In this document: positions 1 through 12,830 of the stretch, one piece after another
Layout: each line of letters opens with the position of its first letter
Numbering within the stretch: position 1 is the stretch's first letter
From: Octopus sinensis
Lineage: Eukaryota
Direction: 5' to 3'
Assembly: GCF_006345805.1 (NCBI RefSeq)
Contig: NC_043000.1
Span: 17,484,001 to 17,548,000, forward strand
DNA: 64,000 nucleotides
Position numbers and translations under genes: made by a program
Notes under the pieces: model-generated
Database searches by the model: none
Seen by the model: only the letters and a program-made list of their open reading frames with translations
What the model was told of the DNA's origin: nothing

Positions 1-2073
1 ATATTATTGGTGCACTTAGCATACAAAGTTTTAAAACTTCAAGTGCACTTCACATGAAAGTTAAAAATATTATCATTAACTGCACTAGTTAATGGATACA
101 ACACGATAGAATCAGAACTTACTGATCCATTATTAGTTACTTTCATTTCAGGTGGAGCGCCATATAATTCCCATCAGGTTGTTGGTTGAAAGGAAAATAT
201 CTCAAAATGACTGAAACTGTTTGAACAAAGCTAAATCTAAGCATTTTGTGGTCAGAGACCAACATAGATAATACTACACAAGCAATCAGAGTGACATTTC
301 AATCAGCAAAATAACACTGCTGAGACAAGTGATTCATGTAGCCCTGACCTAAAGACAGAATTGCATAAATAGGTTCTGTTACTAAGCTGATTTAATCAGA
401 GCTGATAGAAAATTTTAGAATAATGGTTTCTAATTGATACAGAGTACTAACCAGTGTGTCACAAGAATATTTAAAATATAAATCTAATGCTCTTACTTTA
501 TAAATGGTTAATTTAAATAAATGTAGTTTGAATGGCAACAGGTCTTAATTCATACACTAATTTTTAAAGGTAACCAGATGTTCAAGTGAGTGACTTTTAA
601 ATAGTTAACAGAAAAAAAAAACCAAAACAAAAAACCCCTTGTAAAAGCAGGATGGTTATTTATGATGAATTTAATGGATAAAATAAAATAGAAATTAACT
701 GAATTAAAAGGATCTGATAATTTCTCATAAAATCTATACACACTGGTTAGTGACATGCAATATATTGTAAAAGATATGGGTTTTGAAAAAAGGAACCAAG
801 TGAAACAATTCACATAGAAGAAAATGCTGACATCAAAATGAATGACGTTTAAAGAAATTATACAATTCAGCAAACTCAATTTTGATGAATACATATATTT
901 TACATAAATTTCCATACACTAAACATTAATTCATTTGTAATGAATGTTTTCTTTACATAAAAATGCTGCCAAAGGTATTTTACGAACATATATTAAACAT
1001 ATATGTATATAACTGAATGACAGAGGTGGTCTATTTATTTTAAATGATGGAAAAAGAAAAACCAAAATATAATTTGTCAGTAATAATTCAGATTAAAATT
1101 TCTGATTTTTAATTAAACGTTTACAACTACAGCTTATCAAAATTTACTTATGCCACTAACAATATTTTTACTCTTATTGATGATAGTGATAATGATTAAA
1201 TAATTGAAATAATGACATCGGGAGGAATAGCATTCCTTGTCCTGAAGTCTATTTATAAAATACTGATAGGTTTAGAAAGATATTAAAAGAAAAATGTATC
1301 AAGAAGGTTGAATGCTTTCTCACAGTGATACAGAAATATATTTGATATTGAAAAAAAGAAATTTAAAAAAAACTGTTCTGTATTGAATTTTATGTTGTGG
1401 TGACATCAAGATGATAGAGATATCACGCAGAAAGAGTAATTTGTGTGCGATTTCCCATTAAATGAGAGAGTATGTATGTGTGTATGTTCAGGCATTCAGT
1501 ATAATCCACATCTTGAACTTTCCCCTCACCTTCTGATGTAGGCAGAAATGTCAAAAAGAGGGAGTGGAATAAAAAAAAGAAAACTAAGTGGGGCAAAGCA
1601 TTGAATAGTAATTTCATATTCAAAACAACCACCCCAACCCTCAATAGTCACTCAGACAGCTATGTTCAATGAGCAACATCAAATGTGAATGTGTGGGTGT
1701 TACTACTAAGTCAGCTCTACACAGCTTTGCTAAGTAACCAGCCTCGTCTTAGAGAAAGTAATGCAGAATAGGAGTTAGAGCATTACATAAAACTACAGTA
1801 AATAAAACATCTGAAGAAAGCATGTAGTAGATGAATGAAACAAGATGTAGTAATATACTAAGCATAACATTTTCCAATTAAAAAAAAAAATTCCTATTTT
1901 AGCTTGATGTATTGAGTGAGTGTTAGTTATAATGTCCCAATCCATGAAATTTACATAAAATTTGACAACTCATTACCAAGTACCCACCACCTCCTCAGTA
2001 AATGTTCTGTGGTTATTCTTCAATTCTTACAACTTCAAATCAGTGTGTGTGTGTGTTTGTATAATACATGTAC

Positions 2074-2106
<33 letters not shown>

Positions 2107-2199
2107 TATATATATATAATCTATGCAGAAAATATAAACAGCAAATTTAACTATTTCTCTGGAGGTTGAAAAAATGAAGAACAGTCTTGATTGGTTTTT

Positions 2200-2700
2200 G
2201 AACCTTATCGGATTCAAATCAGGAGTCTACATCATTCTCATGTATATGAACAACCCAAGATGGAATGCACACATCAACAATAAAATTAATATGGCCCACA
2301 CAATGTATTCATAGATTTTAAGACTGGAGAGTTCTTAGTCCAGAGATCTTAATACTACTATCTTTCTCTCCTCTACATTTGCCTTGAATACTTCTGCCTA
2401 CTGTAGTCTTCCTACATGAAACAAAATATGAGAATTGAAGAACCTTAGAGATAACCAAGATAAATGACATGGCAGGCCCTGTTTATTAAGGTTATCTAAA
2501 AAAAGCTCAAACTGTATTCTCTCCAATGCTACAGTGAGCACTATATCATTTGTACGATGTGTAAAATACTCCATCAACACGGCCCAAATGCAAAAGTTTA
2601 CCTAAATTTTTGGCCACCATACCATACGTCCTAAACAAAAATTAAGCTCACATCACAAAACACTGCACAACTTCTTTACCTCATTCAGCACTGCCTTATT
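2200..2700 (+). mobile_element. Highly decayed non-LTR retrotransposon 3' ORF fragment (CR1/L2/Jockey-like)
   Basis: Interrupted translation pieces NAHINNKINMAH... and KFLATIP resemble LINE ORF2 C-termini; many stops. Confidence 0.3.
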
Positions 2701-4031
2701 CAAAATTATCCCAAAAGAAATGAAAGACGCAATGACCTTCAAATGGAATTTGGATAACTTCTAAGATGTACTAGACAGACCATCAATACCCAGAAACATT
2801 TTAGCAAATAACTTCCTAATCAAGTGGGATATCCTAAAATAGGACTCAAAAGATTGCTTCAGATATGAAGTTAAACATTTTAAACACAGCATCTACTATA
2901 ACCATGGGTTGACCAAAATCTTTTGAGTAGATTTGTTAGATAGAAACTGAAAGAAGCTTATGAATGGATGGATAGATAGATACTCTCTAAACATTACTGT
3001 TCCAAGTTGTTAATACAACACATGTTCTTTCCTACATAGTTTTACATTTTACAAGATAATACAAAATTCACAACATATTTGCTAATTAGCATTATGCAAT
3101 CTTTCAATTTTATTGAATTGAAAGAGCATTCAGATTTTTCAGATAAAAAAAATTAATATGAAAATGAACCAAATAAAATGAAAAAGTGTGGAATATTTTC
3201 ATGAGAAAATGACATGGTTAGTGTTACTAGCAAGACAGGAAGGTGTAAGTCTAATTAATTAAAATTCTCAACAAAAAATAGTATTTCTGGTAAACTAAGG
3301 AAGTAAGATACACTTTGTTCCTACTCCACAAAACCTACACATGGTTGTTAATGGGAAGGGCCTTCATTATTCACTAGTTTGTACATTCTCATTTGGAATT
3401 CAGAGAACAAGATACATATCCATATTTATTGTATACACTTAATGTATATGCACAATATTATACATGACATATTCATTACATGCATATAATTAAAAATATA
3501 CAGTAGATTAAATATTTATATAGCCTAAATACCCACACCTCACAGATACTTTATTCACACACATTCATACACAAGCCATACAATTATATTACTCACAATG
3601 CACGCTACGCTAGTTGATATCTTTCCCCCATCTGTAAATACTGGCTCCAACACAAATTCAGCAACAAAGTGGGGAGGGGATGCTAGAGTTCAAGAAGCCA
3701 ATGACAGAATCAATGTTTGCATAACTTGCTAGAAATAGCAGCCAAATCATCTACAAATCATTGTTTTAAAGTCCAATGATTACATGGGCCAGACAAAGTT
3801 TATTGTGGTTGATTTTGTATGGCTGGATGCTCCTCCTCCTGCCAACCCTCACTTGTTTCCAAGTAAGGTAATATTTCCTGATGGCCTAACATATTTTCAC
3901 AAAAATTAAAAATGAATGACATTGTTTGTATGATAGTGACACTCATTTATAGTCTCGAAACAAGGAGATAAACACACACACACAAAAAAAACATATTCAT
4001 ATACATATACAACAGGTTTCTTTCATTTTCT

Positions 4032-4243
4032 TATTTCTTTATTGCCCACAAGGAGCTAAACATAGAAGGGACAAACAAGGACAGACAACGGGATTAAGTC
4101 GATTACACTGACCTCAGTGCGTAACTGGTACTTAATTTATCGACCCCGAAAGGATGAAAGGCAAAGTCATCCTCGGCAGGATTTGAACTCAGAACCACTA
4201 AGCATTTCGCCCAGCATGCTAATGTTTCTGCCAGTTTGCCACC
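4032..4243 (-). mobile_element. tRNA-derived SINE family B, nested in a family A remnant (about 3960-4380)
   Basis: Homologous to the copies at 25438, 32313, 46963 and 55790. Flanked by a 10-bp direct repeat ttcattttct (4022-4031 / 4244-4253). Confidence 0.85.
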
Positions 4244-4841
4244 TTCATTTTCTGTCAAACAAATCTACTCACAAAACTGATCAACCTAGGGCTAGAGTAG
4301 ATGTCCACAGTGCCATGCAGTGGGACTGAACCCAAAACCACATGGTTGGGAAGCAAACAATCCCACAGCCATGCCTGCAACTTCTTCAAATCAGACTTAA
4401 AAAAAAGTAAAACAAAAAACAGAAAGTATTGGATAACGTGGTACTAAACAAAAAGATAAGACGGTGTAGAATACTTTGAGGTCTTCTACAACAGAACACA
4501 GATTAGGTTAAACAACAAATACCACTGGAGCCTACCTACATGTAAACAAATTAATGCATTTCATAGGACCACCTTCAAATTTAGAGCTGGGAGCTTGATT
4601 TACTACATGTAAGCCCTCATATTACAGCAGTCAAACTGCAAGCTAACACAGATAGTAAACAGAATAAAAAATGCAAAATAGAATGGTCACTGAATTTTCA
4701 AAAGAATCAAGTGCACATATAACTATGTCCATAAATATATAAGACTGATAGTACTGTTTGATCTAGAAAGAGTACTTCTTGTTTCATCATCTATACAAGA
4801 ATCTAAAAGGAGTTATTCATATATATATATATATATATATA

Positions 4842-5052
4842 CTTTATTTAAAAGCAGCAGAAAATTCAACAAAACCTGTTACTCTGAGTTTCCCATTCCC
4901 GTTCGTCGGACAGTTTTTGTTAAAATAAAACCGGTATGCCGATTCTATCAAGACTAGTAACAGGTTTTGTTGAATTTTCTGCTGCTTTTAAATAAAGCAT
5001 ATTACTCTACCCCTGGTATTTGAGTACTCTTTTTTTCACCTTGTTTCACTCC

Positions 5053-5056
<4 letters not shown>
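4842..5056. mobile_element. Penelope-like pseudo-LTR remnant (family H) with inverted partial copy and degenerate hammerhead motif
   Basis: Perfect 42-bp inverted repeat 4842-4883 / 4956-4997, with (TA)n on both sides. The minus strand at 4913-4876 reads CTGT-CCGACGA-...-GAA-ACTC-A-GAGT-A-ACAG. The same family occurs at 23741-24115. Confidence 0.65.
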
Positions 5057-5085
<29 letters not shown>

Positions 5086-5091
<6 letters not shown>

Positions 5092-5517
5092 CGTCCACTC
5101 GTGACTGAGGAAGACCATTGCTGACCTTCAGGAACATTGTGCGCTCTAGGACTAATTTATATTTTGCATTTGCGGCTCCGTTGGTGGCTAATGAGCCCCG
5201 CTCTTGACAAGCACACATGACTGCAAACATTGCAGACCAAGCTTTCCCCATTCACTATACAAGCCGTGCGCTTTCGCACAGCTCGCCTAAGTTCTTCATG
5301 CTGGATACATGCTCTCTCAAAAGTGTTGATCCCCTCCTTAACCTGCTTCCTCCATCTGTGGCGATTACAGGCATTGTTCTCCCAGTCAGTGTCCTGCATA
5401 TCAAAGGCCTTTAACGAGGACTTAACACAGTCCTTAAATCGCAGCCTTGGTTTCTCCCGGAGCCTCCTTCCATTCACAAGTTCTCCATAGAGCATCTGCC
5501 TAGGAATCCTTCTATCC
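5086..5517 (-). mobile_element. 5'-truncated RTE (BovB-like) LINE, ORF2 C-terminus with C2H2 finger and 3' tail
   Basis: ORF 5157-5495 LYGELVNGRR..KPRLRFKD...W....NRHRWR...CNVCSHVCLSRAGLISHQR is the typical RTE C-terminus; it ends in cgagtggacggccatc(at)n. Confidence 0.88.
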
Positions 5518-5639
5518 TATATATATACATACATACATATATATATATATATAGAGAGAGAGAGAAAGAGTGTGAGTAGGATATTTGAGGACAGATTTAT
5601 GTTTATCAAAAAACAGATAATTGTATTTATCAAAAAATG

Positions 5640-6215
5640 CTAGGAGGATAAAAATAAACCTTTTCTATAATTGTTATTCAATAAAGCCTCCTTCACCTTC
5701 AACAACTGCTTCTATGTGAGATCTAAATCATCTACATGCTTGAATCAAGTGGTCCTGGTTCATTTTAGACATTACTCTAACTATGGCAACTTTCAAAGAA
5801 TCTTTGGTGGTGCTATGGATGTGTTCATTGACCTCTCTCTCAACAATGCTCCATATATAATAGTACAATGGATTGAGATCTGGGGAATTAGGAGGCCAAA
5901 TGTTAGGGGTTATGTGATCATGAAAACTTTCAGCCATCCATTCCTGTGTTACTAGAGCCATGTGTGGTAGTGCAGAGTCTTACTGAAACACATATGGCCT
6001 TCTATTGCACACACTGTCTATCCAGGGCTCAACAATTATTTCCAGGACCTCAATGTAGGTGGCAGAATTAACTCTAAGGCCTTGTGGAAAGAAGTAAGGA
6101 GGCATCACATGTCCTTCATTGCTGACAACCCCTAGAAACCATGATAGTTGCAGGAAATTTTGTATGCATAACACTTGGAACTTCAGAAGGGTCTGCACAT
6201 AACCATCTATCATTT
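5640..6215 (-). pseudogene. Tc1/mariner-superfamily transposase remnant, DD37D (maT/Bmmar1-like)
   Basis: YVFQ*DSALPHMALVTQEWMAESFHDHITPNIWPPNSPDLNPLYYYIW: 37 residues lie between the second Asp and the mutated (GAC>TAC) third Asp position; in-frame stop present. Confidence 0.8.
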
Positions 6216-6249
6216 CTTCTGTTATCGTTTTGATTTTGGTTGAAGTTTT

Positions 6250-6790
6250 ACTCGTTTCAGAAAAACCAAATCAAATCTTCTGATTGGAAGTGTTATCATG
6301 TACATTGTTTTGTCTTGGTATAAAAGATGGGCTACAGCAAATATTCTGCTCAATACCACAGATTTGCTTGTCAGTTGTCTGACTGTAACCAGCTGGGCAT
6401 GTCCCTTAGTGGCTGACGATATGTGCATCTCTAATCACGAGCAGTGGGGGAGCATCATAGCTATGTGTTGAGAGGGATTTTTTTTGGTTTGAATAATTCA
6501 CCTCTGGAAACATGGGTTTTTCGTTCAACATCCTTAAACAACCCTTATTCAGGGATCTTTTGAGCAGGATGGGCTACTCGACCTGAAGAAAATTCTAACT
6601 GGGCCCCACCTGCAAGGTCATGTGCTGTTTATCTTGATATGAGATCACCATGTTGCACATATATGGTTGTGATGCATGTGCCTAGTGTATCTTTATCAGA
6701 CAGGTAGTCATGATGGGTATACTGGGCTTTGTATATTTTACCCCAGTGTCACTTTGACGGTATGCACTGCTCTCTTACTCAATAATAACA
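6250..6790 (+). repeat. Unclassified interspersed-repeat-like segment ending in (AAT)n
   Basis: GC-richer complex sequence with a simple-repeat tail. Only one copy is in the window, so repeat status is inferred. Confidence 0.3.
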
Positions 6791-6912
6791 TCGAAAAATA
6801 CATTAGGAATGAGAACCCAGGTTCGAAATTTCTCCAAGACACCTGATGAGGACAAGTATCCATCAAATGTAAATAATGTACATAATTCCTCATCTCTTAA
6901 CTATAGAACTGT
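6783..6912 (+). mobile_element. Partial copy of Penelope-like family G pLTR (hammerhead centre deleted)
   Basis: Matches 49330-49516 including the 3' terminus tagaactgta. The segment between two gatga microhomologies is deleted (aagacacctgatgaggacaa). Confidence 0.75.
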
Positions 6913-8604
6913 ATTCAAGAAACTTGTTCGCACCTTGTTCCTCAAAACAAAGCCAAAGCTTCCATGCACACTACAGAATCCATCATGTTGCAATTCAATG
7001 TATCTGTCAAAGTCTCAAGCTTTGACAATAAGGTCATTGCCATTCATCATGAAGGTACATAACAATCTCATAGAATCTGTCATTCTGTTCATCTGCCAAC
7101 ACAGTGTGGAGCATAAGCAGATATTAATATTGTTGTCATAGAGTCCAAACTAGTTGAGTTTAATTATCCTACCACATACACAGAAAAATGTTTATTAAAA
7201 TTATGGGTTTCCTTGTCTTTAAAATTCATTTGAAAGCACTGGAATAAAGAAAAGTTTTAGGTACATGTGCTTGAAAGTTAAGGTTTGGATGGGGTAGGCT
7301 GGTGGTTAATTGCAGACATTATCTGTGCATTGACAAATCAGTAAAATTTGAATTAATTAAGAGTGTAAACAATGTACTGGGGGAGCAAATAAAGTAGTAG
7401 TTATAGGAATGCATCTAAATTGGTTGGCCTCTAGGTGAAGAGGAAGAAAATATTGTTATTAGTGACTGTGGTATGATATAAATCTGCTTTTTAATAAATA
7501 TGAGAAGAATGAAGAGATGTTTATAATATACTGATAGGTGCAACAACATCAACACTCTAACAAAGACTATTTGTTATTAAATTCTGAAATCCAAGTATTT
7601 GAAACAGAATAAAATGTAATTTGTGTTTGACCTTTTATAGGTTTTAGGAGGAAAAGTACAGTAACTGGGAAAAATTTGAATATATGAGGGGACAGAAATT
7701 GTAAGATGAAAACTAATATAATAAATCAAAACTTGTGCCTAATAAAAAGAACATAATAAATTAAGAATGATTATAAAGAGCAGGTTAACGTATCCATTAG
7801 GTATTAGGTTTAAAATATTCTACACTTTAGAAATCCTGTGCATGCAAGATGAAAAAAAGTCTTCAGATTATTTGTTTAAAATTTCTAGGCTTTGCATATT
7901 GCAGAGATTGCATAGTTTCTTATCTGAGTATGACTGTTTTTTTCATGATTTTCCAGACTAGATGGAAGGCTGTAGGTTTGTCAGTTTCCAGATGTAGGAA
8001 AGTAATGTTGTCCAGTTAGACCAATTAATGTTTCTAAAGGTGTGGATAATAGATGTAATACTTTTGTTTGAGACGGCTCAATATCATACCAACAAAAACC
8101 TTACATGGTGCATTGAGAAATTGTTCTTGAGTTTGCAGAATATGAGTCAAGGTTTGAACAGTTTCAGTGTCCACTAAAATTGTGTTCGATAAGTGATAAG
8201 CTTAGAGATATTGGAACTAGCAATATTTTGGGCTAAGTTTGGAGTAGTTAAGTATATTTCATTTTTTGAAAAATTGAGTAGTATCTATATTAAATGATAA
8301 AGTGCTTTTTAAGGAATGTGAAGAATACTCTAGCTACTGTGATTGTTAAGTTGTAGGGTAAGTAATGCCAGCTAATGTTTCTACAGCTATTGCAATTTGG
8401 GATTGTAGGTAAGGTATTATGTATATCTTGAAAAAATGACTTCTAGATAGGGCATCATTTTGTGAAAAGCCAAAGATGTTATTCAACACAGTGGTCCCTA
8501 ACCTTTTCACTACCAAGGAACCCTTTTATTTGAGTTTTCCCATATATGTATATCATCAGCCAGGTGCCCTCCCTGTGTCCAGGGGTCAGCTTGCTAAGAC
8601 TCTT

Positions 8605-9010
8605 GGCACAGGCATGGATGTTTGGTAAAAAGTTTGCTTCCCAACCACATGGACCCAGGTTCAGTCCCACTGCATGGTACCTTGGCCAAGTGTCCTCTAC
8701 TATAGCCTCGGGCTGACCAAAGCTTTGTTAGTGTATTTAGTAGATGGAAACTGAAAGAAGCCCATCGCAAGTGTGTGTGTGTGTGTATATATATATACAC
8801 ACACACACACATGTATGTGTGTCTTTGTGTCTGTTCCCCTACCATCGCTTGACAATTGATGTTTGTGTGTTTTCATTTCCATAATTTAGTGGTTTGGAAT
8901 AAGTGACCGATGGAATAAGTACTAGGTTTAAAGAAAAAACCTCAGTTGATTTCTTCAATTAAAAACCAGCATGGCTGCAGTCAAATGACTGAAGCAAGTA
9001 AAAAGAAGAA
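8605..9010 (+). mobile_element. tRNA-derived SINE family A (diverged full-length copy)
   Basis: A/B-box-like head (tggatgtttgg...ggttcagtccc), ccttggccaagtgtc core-like block, internal (GT)/(AT)n and a caagtaaaa tail. A 5' half-copy follows at about 9162-9320. Confidence 0.85.
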
Positions 9011-9654
9011 AAAAAGGAAAAGTGTATGTATATATATATATATACATAGATAGATAGATGGATAAACTTGTGCACACCCACCCATATCTACATGCGTTGT
9101 ATAAATATATTATAACTTGGCTTAACTGATAGAGTGAGTAGATTACAGGGTTTATTTTATAGGTGCAGTGGTAGCTGTGTGGTGAAGAAGCTTGCTTCCC
9201 AACCATGTGGTTTCAGGTTCAGTCTCACTACATAGCATTTGGGCAAGTGTTACCTACTAAAGTCTGGGCAGACCAAAAACTTGAATGGATTTGATAGATG
9301 GGAACTGAAAGAAACCAGTTGTGTGCGCACGTGTTTGTGTGTTTGTATATACATATATGCGTATGTTTATGTGTATCCTTGTCTTGACATCATATGATGG
9401 TTGTAAAGAAGCATCACCATCATACAAGCAATGTTGTTCATCTCTAGACCTCTGTGAAAAACATGTATGGCCAAGGAGAAATACTACCTAACTTGGAAAT
9501 AGGTGAGGGTCAGTGACAGAAAGGACATCTGATGTAGAAAATCTCCCTCAGTGAAGCATGGAAAAGTAGATGTTAAAACAATATTTATACACACATACAA
9601 GATATAGTAACATATTTTTAGCCAACACACTGGTATGATGAATGTAAACATTAA

Positions 9655-10140
9655 GTCCACAATATGTATCATTATCATTTAACATCCGTTATCCATGCTG
9701 GACTCCAGTCTGATTTGGCATGGCCTCTATGGCTGGATGCCCTTCCTAATGCAAATGATTTATAAAGTGTGCTGGGTGCTTTTATGTGACACTGGCACAG
9801 GACTCTTACAGATCAATCCTCACCACCATGGGGACCAGTCTTAACACTTCGGCTACAGAGTACAACAAAGTGCCAGGCATCTCGGTCCAAGTCATCTCAC
9901 CTGAAAGGTTCAGCATCTTGAGGTCATTCTTCAGCACTTCATCTCATGTCTTCCTGGGTCTCCGACTTCCATGTGTTCCATCTACTTTGAGAAACTGGCA
10001 CTTCTTTATGGAGCTGTTGGCATCCATCCACATCACATGACCAAACCAGTGCAGTCTCCTCTCTTGCACACAGCAACTAATTCCTCTTATGTCTAACTTC
10101 TCTCTCAAAGCACAAGCATTGTCAAAGACGTACACTTACA
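9655..10140 (-). mobile_element. RTE LINE 3' end: RT C-terminal fragment continuous with the family E 3' tail
   Basis: LREKLDIRGISCCVQERRLHWFGHVMWMD...GRPRKT-like translation runs into the taggaagggcatccagc tail motif and (atg)n, linking family E to the RTE 3'UTR. Confidence 0.8.
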
Positions 10141-10767
10141 TTACACATCCAGTGGAGCATACTAGCCTCATTAGAAAGAAGGAAGAGCCTTATGTACTGC
10201 ACATTTCAACTCTGAAGTTCTGTCAGCAATTGTGCACATTCCTTAACTATGCACAAACACACTGCATGTAAACCCATCAATATACAAACTGGATATACCA
10301 AAAATATTCAAGACTGACCACACCTCCACCCATGTTTACCACTCACTGCATTTCCCTCTATCCCCTACACATACCATTTATATTCACCTTCCTACAATTT
10401 GAGGGTAAGTCCTAACACACCTTCACCATCTCTTTTCCAACTGGAGTAACCATGTATCTCCCCAACAACAAGACACCTAATCTTGTCCCTCTATTATACC
10501 TTAACCTCATTATCTGGTAGAAAGCCACCTCCTTTAATTCCATTTCCCACTCAGTTAAGCAGTCTTGCAAGTTACTTGGTTACTCATTTGTGCCAGTACC
10601 ACATAAAAAACATCTCGTCCTCTCTGTGAAGTGGTTGGTGTTAGGAAAAACATCGAACCAAAGAAGCTATGTCAAAGTAGACACTGGAGCTTGGTGCAGT
10701 CTCCTGGTTCACCAGCTGTCAAATGATCCAAACCAAACCAGAATGGAAAGCAAACGTTCATTGATTA

Positions 10768-11398
10768 CAGGGTCTGATCAATAAGTATCTAGACTGTTGC
10801 CATAATAACAAAGCTAAAGCACGCGGAGTGAAGCCGCTAGGCACAGATTGATCTTGAACACAGTTTTAACATTCTAGCTCACTTCTGCTGTTTACAACAG
10901 TGCTCAGAAGGAATGTGTGTAGCACATGATTATTGCATTGACCATGAGAGAGAAAGCTGTCATGGCGATACCTGCTCAGAGGCCTATGTAAAGTTGCAGA
11001 AAGTGTACAGAGGGGAGTGTATGAGCTGCACACGAGTGTACAAGTGGTTCAGATGTTTCCAAGATGACCGAAAAAATGTCAATAGTGATAAATGTTCTGG
11101 AAGATCGGCAACCAGGAGAACTGAGAAAAACATTGCAGATGTGCATGTAGCTGTGAGGGGAAATTGTCAAATCACCTTCCATGACTTATCAGGATATGCA
11201 GATTAGTTACGGTTCAGTTCAATCTATTATCACTGAAGATTTGGGTATGAGACAAGTGTTTGCCAAGTTTGTGCCCAAACTGCTTTCAGCTAATCAAGAC
11301 ACATGGGTTTCAGTTGCACAAGATCTTGATTTGTGTTGAGATCACTCTGCATGCTTTAACTTCATTACTATGGCAACAGTCTTATTGCTCAGATCACA
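10768..11398 (+). mobile_element. Internally deleted mariner element with both TIRs
   Basis: TA-flanked imperfect inverted termini of about 50 bp (gactgttgccataataacaaagctaaagca / tgctttaacttcattactatggcaacagtc). It encodes the HTH region ...KLQKVY..CMS.TRVYKWF..F...ITEDLGMRQVFAKFVPKLL. Confidence 0.8.
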
Positions 11399-12227
11399 TA
11401 TATAAATTGGCACAGGCATGGTTGTGTAGTTAAGAAGATTTCTTCCTAATCATATGGTTCCGTTTCAGTCCACTGCATGGTACACTAGGTAAGTGTTTTC
11501 TTCTAAAGGCTTGTGAGTGGATTTTGTAGAAGAAAACCCATTATGCGTGGATCATTTAACATCCATCTTCTACGCTGGCAAGGGTTGGATAGTTTAAAAG
11601 GAGCTGACAATACCAGGCTCTGTTGTCTATTTTAGTAGGGTTTCTACAGTTGGATGCCCTTCCTATATGCATGCCTATGTCTGCCCCAGTGTATTTGTAT
11701 TTCTCTCTTGTCCAAAAGTTTCACTAGCTTGTTTGTAAACAGTGGTCTCACAAAAGATGTCATTTGCTTGCAGTCCACTGTGAAACTATGTTCTGGTTTC
11801 TTGACATGTGCCTTCTTTGTAAGAAAAAGAGTTGTTCATTTTTAGTTCTCCGTGTAAGCATGTCTGAACTTTGCTGTTCGATAGAGAGACTGGAAGGTTT
11901 TTACCTGACAAGGAAACAGGGGCTTGGTGACAGAAAGGACATCTGGCCATAGGAACCTCCTCTCTAACTAATGCAACCATGGAAATGTGAACATTTAAAT
12001 GATTGTACACACACAGGTGTCCTTAGATACATATATCATCATTTAATATCCACATTTCCAGGTTTGCATAGGTCAGACAGAATCTGTTGAAGCAGGTTTT
12101 CTTGGCCAGATGCTTTTCCTGTCACCAATCCTGACTGGTTTCCCGGTAAAATAATAGCTCCACATGGGCAGACATGTTTTGCATCAAAGACTGGAAACAA
12201 ACAACACTGCCTGTAAGACATGTCCTA

Positions 12228-12830
12228 CCAAATGCTTAAAACTTTCTGATGATGAAGATCTTGTTTTGGATGGGATCTTGCTTGTTTTCCTGATTGAACC
12301 CATTGATGTTGGCATTTACCATTCTTATAGGGTATCCACTTTTCATCACTGGTCACTAGGCAGTTCAAAAGTGGAGATTTGTTTCTACGTGTGAATAACA
12401 AGCAGTGCAGATATTGACACATTCTTTTTAATTGTTTTCACTCAGTCCATGCGGATCCCACTTGTCAGGCCTAGACATAATTCCAAGTTGTTGCAAATGG
12501 TGATGGACAGTTGATGACAATGAATTAACCTCTTCTGCTAGCTCTTCAACAGTTGCATATGGATTTCATCCAGTAGCAGCTTTCACTACATCGTTATCAA
12601 AAGAAACAGGGTATCCAGAACGGCAGCTTCCAAGCTAAAGTCCCCATGTCGAAATTTCTGTAACCATTGTTGGCACTTGCAAATATTCAAAACACCTTCA
12701 CCATACCCTTCTTGCATATTTTTTATAGCATTTGTTGCATTGTTGCCTTTTTTATATTTGCAAAACATGATGTGTCTATTGTGCTCTTCTGTGACCTCTA
12801 TTTTCATGAAGGGCTATTAAAGCAACAAGT
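12228..12830 (-). pseudogene. Mariner transposase remnant (N-terminal HTH to first catalytic Asp)
   Basis: MKIEVTEEHNRHIMF...KGNNATNAIKNM..YGEGVL...CQQWLQKFRHGDFSLE, then WDPHGL (WVPHEL motif) and LVTSDEKW. Confidence 0.8.

Noticed and set aside
40-200. Minus-strand open stretch WELYGAPPEMKVTNNGS with a GTAAGT donor-like site, considered as a WNK exon
   Set aside because: No similarity to the expected next WNK kinase segment ([23 protein letters not shown]), and no convincing acceptor.
7900-8480. Possible decayed LINE RT on the minus strand (also about 35200-35940)
   Set aside because: Only vague motif resemblance with many stops; could not be supported by a recognisable conserved block.
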